From contig JBDTME010000007.1 in assembly GCA_039934415.1 (NCBI GenBank), forward strand, positions 3,955-67,954: a DNA stretch of 64,000 nt, written 5' to 3'. The position numbers were made by a program, and so were the translations under genes. Within the stretch, counting starts at the first letter, position 1, and each line of letters begins with the position of its first letter. The notes beneath the pieces were generated by a model. It did not search any database and was not told the DNA's origin. It was given only the letters and a program-made list of their open reading frames with translations. Shown here piece after piece: positions 48,234 through 57,730 of this stretch. Source of the DNA: Patescibacteria group bacterium (GTDB lineage: Bacteria > Patescibacteriota > Microgenomatia > UBA1400 > PJMF01).

Positions 48234-48785
48234 TTAAATTGTCATTAAATCAGTTTCTTTTCTCTTTTTGACATCGTCGATCTTCAGTTCTAATTCTTTG
48301 ACTTTTTTATCCAATTCTTCTAACCAGTTTTCGATATTATCTTCACTTACGCTATCAGTTCCTTTTAAATTTTCAATTTCTTTGCGAATATCACCGCGCA
48401 GATTACGCAGCATGACTTTGCCACCTTCAATTTTCTGAGCCAATAACTTGACCATTTCTTGGCGACGTTCGGTTGTTAACGCCGGAATACCAATCCGAAT
48501 AATCTCACTATCAACAACAGGATTCAAATTTAAACCAGAAATCTGAATGCCTTTGGCAATTGTTTCCAACAGTGATTTATCCCAGGGTGAGACAACAAGC
48601 ATCGTCGGATCTTGAACGGTGACCGTCGCTAACTCGCTAATCTTCATCCGTGTCCCGTACGCTTCCACGACAACAGGATCCAGTAGTGAGGTATGAGCAC
48701 GACCAGTTCGCAAGCTCGAGATATCTTGCTGGATGTGATCCAGAATTTTTTGTGCTCTGTTTTGAAAATCATCAAATGTAAACAT
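48234..48785 (-). CDS. frr: Ribosome recycling factor
   Basis: ISSLRTGRAHTSLLDPVVVEAYG...IPALTTERRQEMVK...RNLRGD matches RRF. The start is set at ATG 48785, preceded by AAAGGAAG; the ORF track starts 22 codons upstream. Confidence 0.85.
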   Translation of the reverse strand: MFTFDDFQNRAQKILDHIQQDISSLRTGRAHTSLLDPVVVEAYGTRMKISELATVTVQDPTMLVVSPWDKSLLETIAKGIQISGLNLNPVVDSEIIRIGIPALTTERRQEMVKLLAQKIEGGKVMLRNLRGDIRKEIENLKGTDSVSEDNIENWLEELDKKVKELELKIDDVKKRKETDLMTI

Positions 48786-48870
48786 TTTTCTTCCTTTATC
48801 AAGTGCAGGTAGTATATCATCTACAAACCAAGTATTTAGGTTCAAGTACATTTACGTTATAATTCCAGGG

Positions 48871-49773
48871 ATGCAATTCAATAAAAAGCTCTTCCAATGG
48901 ATCAAAACGTTTCGAATCTCGATAGTCGGTTCTTTAACTGATTTAAATTATTACTTGGAAATTTTAAATACACCAACTCGATTTTCGATTAAAGTCGTGG
49001 CCATGTTTTATCTCTTGTTGGGTATTGTGTTAACAGGCATTTTTATCGTCAAAGATCTGCCTAAAATTAATGCAACTTTCAATTCTATTCGAACAGAGCT
49101 CACCACCACCTACCCCGATAATTTAGTATTTGACTGGCGGGATCAAAGACTCAGTTCAAACTCCGATCAACCAGTAGTCGTGCCATTTCCAGCAATTACT
49201 CAACCACTCGATACAGCACCACAACACTTGGCAGTCATCGACACTCATACTGATCAAGACCCAGAAAATGTTAAAGCACTAATCTATATTACAGAAACAA
49301 AGATGTTCATTAACTCAATGCAAGGAAATTGGGCGGAAGCAAATTTATCTGATGTCATAGAAACGGAATCTGGGCACCTGGACAAACAAGAAGTTTTGAA
49401 GCAGGCTGCTGAATCAGAAGAAACACAACGACAAATTTTGCAGATCTTGCCTTGGTTGACGCTGCTCACTTTTTCACTCGGACTCTTTATTATCAGAATG
49501 CTGACAGTACTTTTTAATGCCTTGATTGTGCAACTGTTATTTCAAATTTTAAACAAACCACTCGCTTATAAAAAAGTCCTTCAGTTATGTCTTCATGCTT
49601 TAATTCCGACAGAAATCATTTATCAAATCTCAGCTAGACTTTTCCCTCACTTGAATTTCCCAATGTTTGGCTTAGCTTTCTGGCTGATCATCTCTCTCTT
49701 GATCTGGCATCTGAGACATCTGCAAGTCGTTCGTTTCAGTCTTGAAAACGATCAACATGGAAAAAAGAAGTAA
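48871..49773 (+). CDS. Hypothetical polytopic membrane protein
   Basis: 300 aa with TM helices at both ends and an about 120-aa extracytoplasmic loop. It overlaps the def start. No recognised motif. Confidence 0.5.
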   Translation: MQFNKKLFQWIKTFRISIVGSLTDLNYYLEILNTPTRFSIKVVAMFYLLLGIVLTGIFIVKDLPKINATFNSIRTELTTTYPDNLVFDWRDQRLSSNSDQPVVVPFPAITQPLDTAPQHLAVIDTHTDQDPENVKALIYITETKMFINSMQGNWAEANLSDVIETESGHLDKQEVLKQAAESEETQRQILQILPWLTLLTFSLGLFIIRMLTVLFNALIVQLLFQILNKPLAYKKVLQLCLHALIPTEIIYQISARLFPHLNFPMFGLAFWLIISLLIWHLRHLQVVRFSLENDQHGKKK

Positions 49774-49780
49774 GTCATAT

Positions 49781-50350
49781 ATGAACATTATTCACGTTCC
49801 CAACCAACATCTCCGACAAACAACCAAACAGGTTTCACAAGTTGATCAACAACTCACCAAATTCATCGAACAGTTGCAACAAACATTGGAACAAAAGCGG
49901 AATCCACGAGGAGTTGGTCTCTCAGCGCCTCAGGTTGATGAGCACTACTCTGTCTTTGTTACGTATCTATCTCCAGAAAGAAATGAAGACGCTGCACCCA
50001 TTATGAGGACATTCATCAATCCTCAAATCGTTAAGACCTCAACGAGTAAAACGTTCGGAGAAGATCCAGAACAACCAATTTTAGAAGGCTGTTTGTCAAT
50101 CACTCATCTGTACGGACCGGTTCCCCGATTTGAATGGGTTGAGTTCGAGTATCAAGTTGTTGATGAGGGTAAACTGATAGAGAAAAAAGAGAGATTTGAT
50201 GCATTTCCTGCTCGGGTGATGCAGCACGAACTCGATCATTTACACGGTAAACTGTTCACTGATTACATCTTAGAGTTTGAGTTGCCCTTATATGATGATA
50301 CACATGGTAAATTAAAAGAAATTGATCGAAAAATCGCAGAAAAATTCTAA
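49781..50350 (+). CDS. def: Peptide deformylase
   Basis: PDF motifs GVGLSAPQV (motif I), EGCLSI (II) and QHELDHLHG (III). The start is set to MNIIHVPNQHLR; the ORF track starts 13 codons upstream at 49742. Confidence 0.85.
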   Translation: MNIIHVPNQHLRQTTKQVSQVDQQLTKFIEQLQQTLEQKRNPRGVGLSAPQVDEHYSVFVTYLSPERNEDAAPIMRTFINPQIVKTSTSKTFGEDPEQPILEGCLSITHLYGPVPRFEWVEFEYQVVDEGKLIEKKERFDAFPARVMQHELDHLHGKLFTDYILEFELPLYDDTHGKLKEIDRKIAEKF

Positions 50351-51304
50351 ATGACAATTGCAATCGCCGGATCGACCCATCACACAGTCATGTGTGCAGA
50401 AAAAATTCTTGAAGATTCGAGATTTGAAATATCCTGGATTTTGACGCCAGCTCCCAGACATGTGGGCCGAAAACAAGAACTCGTTCAAAACCCACTTCAC
50501 CTTTTCGCGGTACAACATGAAATTCCATTTATTTTGATTGACAAGAAAATTGATGAAACTGTCCGTGTTGAAATTACGGAAGCAAGTACAGCTACTGTCG
50601 ATTTTTTGTTAGTACTCGATTTTGGCTACATCGTTCCGAACTGGTTGTTAGAGCTACCAATGACTGCTCCAATTAATATTCACCCCTCAGATTTACCGAA
50701 GTATCGCGGCAGTAGTCCTGGGCAGTTTGTTTTACTGTATGGTGAGCAGAATTCAGCGATTTCAGTGATAGTGATGAACGATTTACTTGATCAAGGAGAC
50801 TTGATTTATCAGTTTAAATTTGATGTTCTGAGTACCTGGATGATGACTGAGTACTATCACTTCGCCTTCACCAAAATATCCGAACAATTGCCAAATGTTT
50901 TGACCGACTTTTACGCCAAAAAAATCACCGCTGAACCACAACCATTGGAAACTCCGACACCAATTGCGCGTCGCCTCACACGCAAGGATGGGTATGTTTC
51001 GTGGGGTTTGCTCAGCTCTTTAAGCGATAGGAAAAATGAACACATTTCTTCATCGACACCCTTACCTGAATCCCCTTTACTCACAGAGGTCAACCAAACT
51101 ATCAAGGATTGGCCAACGACCATCTCAAATGCGATTCGAGCTCTATCTCCCTGGCCAGGAGTCTGGACGATCGTCCATACGCCCAAAGGCGACAAACGAA
51201 TGAAGATTCTGTCGGCAAAGATCGAAAACGGTAAGTTAGAACTGGAACACGTCCAGATCGAAGGAGAACTTCCCTGTCCTTTCGAAGAAATTCAATTGAG
51301 TTAG
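50351..51304 (+). CDS. fmt: Methionyl-tRNA formyltransferase
   Basis: Formyltransferase core INIHPSDLPKYRGSSPGQ (consensus NxHxSLLPxxRG), and it directly follows def (def-fmt operon). The C-terminal domain is divergent. Confidence 0.8.
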   Translation: MTIAIAGSTHHTVMCAEKILEDSRFEISWILTPAPRHVGRKQELVQNPLHLFAVQHEIPFILIDKKIDETVRVEITEASTATVDFLLVLDFGYIVPNWLLELPMTAPINIHPSDLPKYRGSSPGQFVLLYGEQNSAISVIVMNDLLDQGDLIYQFKFDVLSTWMMTEYYHFAFTKISEQLPNVLTDFYAKKITAEPQPLETPTPIARRLTRKDGYVSWGLLSSLSDRKNEHISSSTPLPESPLLTEVNQTIKDWPTTISNAIRALSPWPGVWTIVHTPKGDKRMKILSAKIENGKLELEHVQIEGELPCPFEEIQLS

Positions 51305-51312
51305 AAAAAGGA

Positions 51313-51522
51313 TTACTCGGCTTTTTTGAAGTGGGTGGTTAAACCCTGTTCCTTGAGAACGCGAAGCATCTTGGTAGGAACTTTGACGCGCTTTTTGACA
51401 CCATCAATTACCAGTGTTGCAGTGTGCAAGTTGCGTTTGAACGCATGACGTGTACGATTTTTAGCGTGGGAAACTCGGTTGCCCATTTCAGCTACTCGGG
51501 GGATTTTCAACATGTATGACAT
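51313..51522 (-). CDS. rpmB: 50S ribosomal protein L28
   Basis: GNRVSHAKNRTRHAFKRNLHTATLVIDGVKKRVKVPTKMLRVLKEQGL matches bL28. Confidence 0.8.
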   Translation of the reverse strand: MSYMLKIPRVAEMGNRVSHAKNRTRHAFKRNLHTATLVIDGVKKRVKVPTKMLRVLKEQGLTTHFKKAE

Positions 51523-51639
51523 AGGTTTTGATCACTATTTAATTCAGAATGTCTGATTTTACCAGAAAAACACGCCTCTTCCAAGAGACAGAGTCAACTG
51601 CACATGAGAAATGGTATACTCATTGAGCTTTAACAAAAA

Positions 51640-51905
51640 AAAGGAGGTCTAAACATCATTTTTTTATCGAGCGTGTGGCCCTACCCTACAATCCAACATT
51701 GTAGTCGGGAGACGAGGAAAAGGGATGATCTTGGCAATACCAAGATCGATCGAACCGTTTATCAGTCCAAATGATGAACGAGTATCTACGGAGACCCTTT
51801 GGGTGACTTGAACATCCACTCAAGACCTGCGATCAAACCTGTTTGTAAGAACAGCTCAAAGTCGCTCGTTTTTTCAAGAAGTCAGTCCTCTGACTTTTTT
51901 TTCCT
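51640..51905 (+). promoter_or_regulatory. Structured 5' leader of glmS; candidate glmS-ribozyme-like element with 3' terminator
   Basis: About 440 nt of non-coding DNA lie between rpmB and the true glmS start. It contains hairpins (CUACAAU-CCAAC-AUUGUAG; GAUCUUGG-CAAUACC-AAGAUC) and the motifs GACGAGG, AUCGAA and GGGUGACUUGAACA, which resemble the glmS ribozyme core/P4 as I recall it. An SD-like AAAGGAGG has no start codon after it. The element ends with a terminator hairpin. Confidence 0.3.
51878..51905 (+). terminator. Intrinsic terminator/attenuator within the glmS leader
   Basis: aagtcag-tcct-ctgactt followed by T9: a 7-bp stem with a 4-nt loop, plus-oriented, 56 nt upstream of the glmS ATG. 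Confidence 0.55.
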
Positions 51906-51960
51906 ATTATTGCTAGCTCTAATACACCTGATGTACTCACGTCATCGGAAAGGTTTTTGT

Positions 51961-53733
51961 ATGTGTGGAATTTTTGCAACTCTGAACGAACCCAAACATA
52001 ATGCTGCCCAGACCATCTTGAAGGGTTTAAAAACGTTGGAATACCGAGGGTATGACTCTTGGGGAATCTCGGTCATCGACTCGAATGAACAGATAAAAAC
52101 TCAGAAAAAAATTGGGAAAATTGGTGAAGGTACTACCAGTTTGCCTGAGTCGGCGATTGGCATTGGTCACACTCGATGGGCTACACACGGAGGCGTCACT
52201 GAGCAAAACGCCCATCCACACCTCGATTGTTCTGGCAAACTCTCTCTGATTCACAACGGCATCGTGGAAAATTATCAGCAGATAAAAACTCAACTGATAA
52301 AAAACGGTCATCGATTCATTTCAGAAACAGATACGGAAGTAATCGTTCATCTGATAGAAGAAACCATGAAGACAGCTTCATTCGAACAGGCAGTCATACA
52401 ATCATTCAAACGGTTAGAAGGAGCGAATGCCATTCTCGTCCTCGATGCTGCTTCAAGAACTGTAATTGCAGTCAAAAATAGCTCTCCATTGTTAGTGGGC
52501 AAAACTGCCACGTCGATTTATTTTTCTTCCGACGCGACTGCATTCATTCCCCTTACTGATCAGATCTACATTATGGAAGACGGTGATGTAATTATTGCCC
52601 ATGACAAAGAGATCCAGCGATACTCAGTGAAGAGCGGCCAGGTACTGCCACTTGAATTTAAAAAGATGGAACTATCCTCCAGACAAATTGATAAAGGAAA
52701 GTTCGCTCATTTTTTAATCAAAGAAGTTCATGAACAACCATTCATCTTGAATCAGTTGGCAAAAACAAAGTTTTCGACCTACCAACAACTCATTCACAAC
52801 ATTCAATCAGCGCCTCAGGTCGTGCTATTAGGTTGTGGCAGCGCATATCACTGTGCGTTGTTTGGAACCTATTTTTTTAATGATGCTGGCATCCTTGCTT
52901 TGGCATTTCAGGCGCATGAATTTGTGGCATTTGCTCCGAACTTGAAACCCGGTGCAATTGTGATTGCGATCTCACAAAGTGGCGAAACAATCGATACTTT
53001 GTTGGCATGTCAGGCTGCCAAAAAAGCTGGGGCAAAGTTGATCGGTCTGATCAACTCTCGCGGGTCGAGTCTTGAACGATTGGTAGATCACGCTTTTCCA
53101 GTTGGAGCAGGACCAGAAATAGCCGTCGTTTCAACCAAAGCATTCCTGGCACAAGTCAGCGCGCTCTTTTTGCTTTCGCAGGTATTAAAGGAAAAAGACT
53201 CTACACAAGGAGCTGAACAATTACAGGTGCTCGCTGACGCCATCACTGCTTTTTTGGAAAATAAAAAAGTACAAAAACAGATTAAAACATTGGCAAAAGA
53301 GCTCGTCGTTGAACCACAGTTGTTCGTCATCGGAAAAGGTCTAAATTATCCAGCAGCGTTGGAAGTAGCACTTAAAATTAAAGAAACAACCTATCTTCAT
53401 GCTGAGGGCTTTGCTGCTGGAGAATTAAAACATGGAGTACTCAGTTTGATTCAGGAAGGAACTCCTACAATCGTACTGACAAGTCAGGATGAACTCATGC
53501 AAGATACTTTCTCAAATGCAATCGAGATCCAATCGCGCGGCGGGAGAATCTTCAGTTTTTCACCAACTGTCTTTGCACAGGCTGACCTCAATATCAGGTT
53601 GCAGGATGTTGGCAAGCTGAATGCTGTGTTTAACATTGTGGTGTCACAACTACTTGCCTATGAACTCGCGTTATTGAAAAAACTCGATCCGGACAAACCC
53701 AGGAATTTGGCTAAAAGCGTTACGGTAAAATAA
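51961..53733 (+). CDS. glmS: Glutamine--fructose-6-phosphate aminotransferase (isomerizing)
   Basis: MCGIFA... gives an N-terminal nucleophile Cys directly after Met. There is a GATase type 2 domain and two SIS domains (GCGSAYHCALFG..., ISQSGETIDTL), and the C-terminus ends ...KSVTVK. The ORF-track start at 51799 is an upstream in-frame extension through the leader. Confidence 0.9.
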   Translation: MCGIFATLNEPKHNAAQTILKGLKTLEYRGYDSWGISVIDSNEQIKTQKKIGKIGEGTTSLPESAIGIGHTRWATHGGVTEQNAHPHLDCSGKLSLIHNGIVENYQQIKTQLIKNGHRFISETDTEVIVHLIEETMKTASFEQAVIQSFKRLEGANAILVLDAASRTVIAVKNSSPLLVGKTATSIYFSSDATAFIPLTDQIYIMEDGDVIIAHDKEIQRYSVKSGQVLPLEFKKMELSSRQIDKGKFAHFLIKEVHEQPFILNQLAKTKFSTYQQLIHNIQSAPQVVLLGCGSAYHCALFGTYFFNDAGILALAFQAHEFVAFAPNLKPGAIVIAISQSGETIDTLLACQAAKKAGAKLIGLINSRGSSLERLVDHAFPVGAGPEIAVVSTKAFLAQVSALFLLSQVLKEKDSTQGAEQLQVLADAITAFLENKKVQKQIKTLAKELVVEPQLFVIGKGLNYPAALEVALKIKETTYLHAEGFAAGELKHGVLSLIQEGTPTIVLTSQDELMQDTFSNAIEIQSRGGRIFSFSPTVFAQADLNIRLQDVGKLNAVFNIVVSQLLAYELALLKKLDPDKPRNLAKSVTVK

Positions 53734-53746
53734 ACCAGTACACACA

Positions 53747-54511
53747 CTAATTTGCCTCAAATGGCAAAAGTGCTTTTAATCTAATCGCTAATGTCGACAA
53801 CGTCCTATTGCCGATTTCATTTGAGAGCACTTCTGTAACTTTTTGTATATTCTTTACAATTACGCGAGCAGATTCAACTTGATTGTCATCTAAGTTCTCT
53901 TGAGAATTTAGAAAATAGCGAAGTGATTGGGCAAGGAGTGCAGCACGAGTTCGATCAGAGACAACTAACCTATTTATCGCAAATAAATAGATCCAGCCTC
54001 GCAATTCATCAGCTTTTTTCTTTATTAAACCATAGTTACTACTTAATACTTCGATGGGTACAGCAGAGCCTTGATCACACAAATAGTTCATATCTAAGTA
54101 TTTTTGTTCAAAAGATGCAACAACTTGCAACGCTTCGTTATATCGTGGCGAATGTGGATGAGTAAGTTTATTCACTTGAACTGAAACCTTCTCATACTCT
54201 GCTTGAATTTCTAGTGAGTCTATCGGGGGAATTTCATCCAATAGATGATTTGGTTGTTTTTTTTCTATAAGTTCTAAGTATTTGGCAAGATCTGGAACTA
54301 AACTCTCAATCATTTCTTCATCTGCAAGTTGTCTGTGAAGTTCAATCTCATCAACACAGTACTGAATCCCGGCACTTCCTAAAATTAGTGTTTCCGTCGG
54401 CGCTAATTTCGTCAGAACAAGATATAAACGTTCCTGGATAAGGTCCTTCCAGGATGGAATTCCTATTTCTACTGATTCGTATGATTCGTACCTTCTTGTA
54501 GACATACTCAA
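53747..54511 (-). CDS. Hypothetical cytoplasmic protein
   Basis: 254 aa, helical, with no recognisable motif (there is a weak GS...DEIE pattern). Confidence 0.45.
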   Translation of the reverse strand: MSMSTRRYESYESVEIGIPSWKDLIQERLYLVLTKLAPTETLILGSAGIQYCVDEIELHRQLADEEMIESLVPDLAKYLELIEKKQPNHLLDEIPPIDSLEIQAEYEKVSVQVNKLTHPHSPRYNEALQVVASFEQKYLDMNYLCDQGSAVPIEVLSSNYGLIKKKADELRGWIYLFAINRLVVSDRTRAALLAQSLRYFLNSQENLDDNQVESARVIVKNIQKVTEVLSNEIGNRTLSTLAIRLKALLPFEAN

Positions 54512-54605
54512 AGTATACTATGAAATAAAAAGGCAAGCTGAAGGCCATTTCAGTTTCTAATCTTAAATATGTTGAATAAAAGGCTATAATGGATATTGTT
54601 CCACT

Positions 54606-55235
54606 ATGCTTAATCTTCTTTTTACTAATCCGCTCGTCTTCCTTATTTTTGCTGTTGGCTTGGTCATTGCAATTACCATTCATGAATTTTCCCATGCATG
54701 GGTGGCTGATCACTTGGGAGATCCAACACCTAGAGTACAAGGTCGGTTAACACTCAATCCTCTCTCCCACTTAGATCCGCTAGGTACCGTGGCATTATTG
54801 ATGATTGGGTTTGGTTGGGGAAAACCAGTTGAATTCGACCCTTACAATTTACAAAATCGTACTCGAGATGCGGCGTTGATCGCTTTGGCGGGACCTACTT
54901 CGAACCTCATCTTGGCCGTCATTGCTTCATTATTAATTCGATTTGTTTTTCCTGCATCAGATCTTATTGGTCTGGCACTTGTTCAACTCGTGATCATCAA
55001 TATCACACTGGCGATTTTCAACTTAATTCCAGTTGCTCCACTCGATGGAGAGAAAATTCTTTATGCATTCTTGCCGAAGGCAACCGCAATTGATTATCAA
55101 ATTTTTATGAGAAAAAATGGACTATTTGTGTTGCTTTTGTTGATGCTCCCTATTTTCAATGGAGTATCACCTGTCAGTAGACTCATTTCACCAGCCATTG
55201 AGTACGTCACCAGCTTACTTCTCGCTGGAATCTAA
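54606..55235 (+). CDS. Site-2 protease-family zinc metalloprotease (M50B, small form)
   Basis: HEFSHAWVAD (HExxH in a TM helix) and NLIPVAPLDGEKIL (LDG motif); 209 aa with 5-6 TM helices. Confidence 0.7.
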   Translation: MLNLLFTNPLVFLIFAVGLVIAITIHEFSHAWVADHLGDPTPRVQGRLTLNPLSHLDPLGTVALLMIGFGWGKPVEFDPYNLQNRTRDAALIALAGPTSNLILAVIASLLIRFVFPASDLIGLALVQLVIINITLAIFNLIPVAPLDGEKILYAFLPKATAIDYQIFMRKNGLFVLLLLMLPIFNGVSPVSRLISPAIEYVTSLLLAGI

Positions 55236-55246
55236 GCATTATCACT

Positions 55247-56539
55247 TTAGCAAGACTTCAGAAACTTCCTTACAAGTAACGAGTAATCAGTCAGATCAAC
55301 AAGACCATCACGGTTGATATCCGCACGTGGATTTATTGGTACTGATTTCAAAAAGTCGGTGATTAATAATGAGTAATCTGTGAGGTCCACGACATGATCA
55401 CTGTTGATGTCTTCATTGCAGCTCGTCACTGGAGTCGGCGCAGGCGAAACGCTAACTGAAGACCCTAAGTGTTTTGTCAGAATTGCCATTTGAGGAGCAT
55501 CATAGAATTTTGACTGTGCATCACAAAAAGGACCGATGCTACTGATGTCTCCATAAGGACCACCTGACCAGTAAGCACCAGAGATTTTGTTCTGATCAAG
55601 ATATGTCAGAAAGTTATCGAGAACGGTCAACCATCTTGGATCTTTATTCATCCCACCATCATATAAACACGTCTGTGTCCCCATCTTCCATCCAGCAGGC
55701 ACACCATACTCTCCTGCAAAACACTTCACATTGTTCGACACACACCAGTTTACAAAATCTTTAGCGTTATCCACTCCAATGTTGAGATTTGCATTGGGCA
55801 CATCAAAGCCATTAGGATATTGACCGTTGGGTGGCGTATCAAAATAGAAATGGGCTTCATAGATAAGATTGTTGGCGGGATCAGACATCGGTAATCCGGC
55901 TAAATGATACTTAAAGTAGTGACCATAGCCACCAGTAGAAGTAGGAACCAAAATAGGATGTGTCATGTCTACTGTCCGAATTGCTGCAATCGCAGAAGGC
56001 GCGATCGTGGTATTCCAGGTATCTCCCATATTTGGCTCGTTGATCAGATCATATCCCCACAAAGCAGCATCATCTTTGTAATGTGCAGCCAATTTCTTCC
56101 ACATATCGTTAAACGCAGCTTGCGGCACTGCAGAAGTCGCCACATTATTCCCTTTATACAAGCCAGGTAGCGGGACAAAAGCGATCTTCAATCCTCGACT
56201 GCGAGCACTCGCCATTAATGCATCCATTTGAGCCAAGTAAGTTGGATCAAGTGGACCATTCAAAGTTGGTTGCAAAAATTTCCAGGAAAAACCAGCTCGG
56301 AAATGCGTAAAGCCTTTGGTTTTAAAATACTCCATCATCGCTGGAGTCGCAAAAGCATTCGTACCGCCAAACTCACCTTGCCAACCACCAAACAAGTTTA
56401 GTCCTCTCACATATTCTTGATTTGTTGATGGGATAGAAGTGGGTGTTGGTGTAAGGGCTTGTGTTTTAACTGGCTGAACAATCAACAGCAAAAACAACAG
56501 CGATGTCAAAATAAGAAAAGTTGGAAAATGTCGGGACAT
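55247..56539 (-). CDS. Secreted glycoside hydrolase family 5 enzyme with C-terminal type-I dockerin
   Basis: Signal peptide (MSRHFPTFLILTSLLFLLLIVQPVKTQA). GH5 acid/base in GYDLINEPN, EAHFY, and the nucleophile motif AGEYG. The C-terminal tandem Ca-binding repeats DINSDHVVDLTDYSLLITDFLK and DINRDGLVDLTDYSLLVRKFLK are the dockerin. The start is set to the ATG after a TATAAT box; the ORF track starts at 56578. Confidence 0.75.
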   Translation of the reverse strand: MSRHFPTFLILTSLLFLLLIVQPVKTQALTPTPTSIPSTNQEYVRGLNLFGGWQGEFGGTNAFATPAMMEYFKTKGFTHFRAGFSWKFLQPTLNGPLDPTYLAQMDALMASARSRGLKIAFVPLPGLYKGNNVATSAVPQAAFNDMWKKLAAHYKDDAALWGYDLINEPNMGDTWNTTIAPSAIAAIRTVDMTHPILVPTSTGGYGHYFKYHLAGLPMSDPANNLIYEAHFYFDTPPNGQYPNGFDVPNANLNIGVDNAKDFVNWCVSNNVKCFAGEYGVPAGWKMGTQTCLYDGGMNKDPRWLTVLDNFLTYLDQNKISGAYWSGGPYGDISSIGPFCDAQSKFYDAPQMAILTKHLGSSVSVSPAPTPVTSCNEDINSDHVVDLTDYSLLITDFLKSVPINPRADINRDGLVDLTDYSLLVRKFLKSC

Positions 56540-56604
56540 TGGATTGTACTCAATTATACTACGCTCAGTATAGAACAATTAGGAAAAAATATGAGTAAGC
56601 AAGT

Positions 56605-57729
56605 TTATTTTTTATTCCCTGTTCCAATTGCTTCTGCAATGTGTTCAAAACCGTCTTCATGAAGAAGTTCGACAAGACCTTGATTGATCTGGCCAATGAG
56701 TTGAGGGCCTTCGTAAATCATTCCAGTGATAATTTGAATTAAACTGGCACCAAGTTTGATTTTTCGATATGCATCTTCAGCATTAAAAACACCGCCGCAC
56801 CCAATGAAAACATATCGTTTGTGAAATTCTTTGTACGCACCTTGAAGCAAGTTGTTAGTTCGTTTCTCTGTCGGCTTGCCACTGAAATTCCCCTGACCTG
56901 CGGCAGCGACTTCTTCAGGATCAAGATCTGGATTCTTGCGATCTTTAGTAAGATTTCCGATCACAGCGCCTGCAATGGTAAATTTATCGGCCGCTTTGAG
57001 TAAGGCATTTGATTCCGCAACAGTAATATCAGTCGGCATTTTAATGAAAACGGGTTTTTTAAATTTGAGCTTCTCTACTTCTTTTAGGAGCGCAGTTAAT
57101 TTTGCAGGTGTGTTGAACGGCTCGCCGGTCCTCAAGTTGGGACAACTAATATTGAGTTCGTAGTGCGTGATGCGAGGCAGGTTTTTTTCAACTTTTTGGA
57201 AAGTGATCAAAAAATTCTCAATCTGCTCTTTATCATTTTTATATTCACGGTTCGTACTCCCCACACTCAAGCCGACAGGAATGGGAAATTGTTTGGCTTG
57301 GAGTTTTTCAACAACTTCATCAATACCAGGATTTTTGTACCCCTTATTGACGAGGAGACTTCTCGATTTTGGTAACCGTCCTAGCCGAGGTTTGGGATTC
57401 CCTCCAAAGGGCTCAGCCGTAATCGTGCCCACTGTTTGAAAACCAAAGCCAACATCACCTAAAATTTGCGTCAACTGGGCGTTGTAATCAAAACCAGCAG
57501 CCAATCCTACAGGATTCGTAAAGCGAATGCCTTTGATCGTTTGCTCAAGCGCTGGATCTCGAAAAGCAAAAGTGGTGCTAAATACAGCTTGAAGAGGTGA
57601 GATTTTTCCAAAAAACTCACCATTGTTGAGCATGAACTCGTGCACTGTCTCAGCATCGAATGAAAAAAAAACTGGCTTGAGCAGTTGTTGATAGGCTTGA
57701 GCAGAAAACCGAGAAATGAATGATTGCAT
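56605..57729 (-). CDS. pyrD: Dihydroorotate dehydrogenase (quinone), class 2
   Basis: An N-terminal membrane-association extension, GIRFTNPVGLAAGFDYNA, SVGSTNREYKND, and the Ser active-site region; 374 aa. Confidence 0.85.
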   Translation of the reverse strand: MQSFISRFSAQAYQQLLKPVFFSFDAETVHEFMLNNGEFFGKISPLQAVFSTTFAFRDPALEQTIKGIRFTNPVGLAAGFDYNAQLTQILGDVGFGFQTVGTITAEPFGGNPKPRLGRLPKSRSLLVNKGYKNPGIDEVVEKLQAKQFPIPVGLSVGSTNREYKNDKEQIENFLITFQKVEKNLPRITHYELNISCPNLRTGEPFNTPAKLTALLKEVEKLKFKKPVFIKMPTDITVAESNALLKAADKFTIAGAVIGNLTKDRKNPDLDPEEVAAAGQGNFSGKPTEKRTNNLLQGAYKEFHKRYVFIGCGGVFNAEDAYRKIKLGASLIQIITGMIYEGPQLIGQINQGLVELLHEDGFEHIAEAIGTGNKK

Positions 57730-57730
57730 A

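Noticed and set aside
48905-48930. tRNA-like T-loop sequence GTTTCGAATCTCG
   Set aside because: It lies inside a protein-coding frame (48871..49773), with no acceptor/anticodon stem complementarity around it. No tRNA genes were found in the window.
51640-51660. AAAGGAGG SD-like sequence considered as the start of a small ORF in the glmS leader
   Set aside because: No ATG, GTG or TTG lies within 4-12 nt downstream. It is more likely part of RNA structure (an anti-SD or pairing element) than a translation start.
54351-54740. 129-aa minus-strand ORF overlapping both the 53747..54511 gene and the M50 protease gene start
   Set aside because: It overlaps two better-supported genes and its product is low-complexity. 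Likely spurious.
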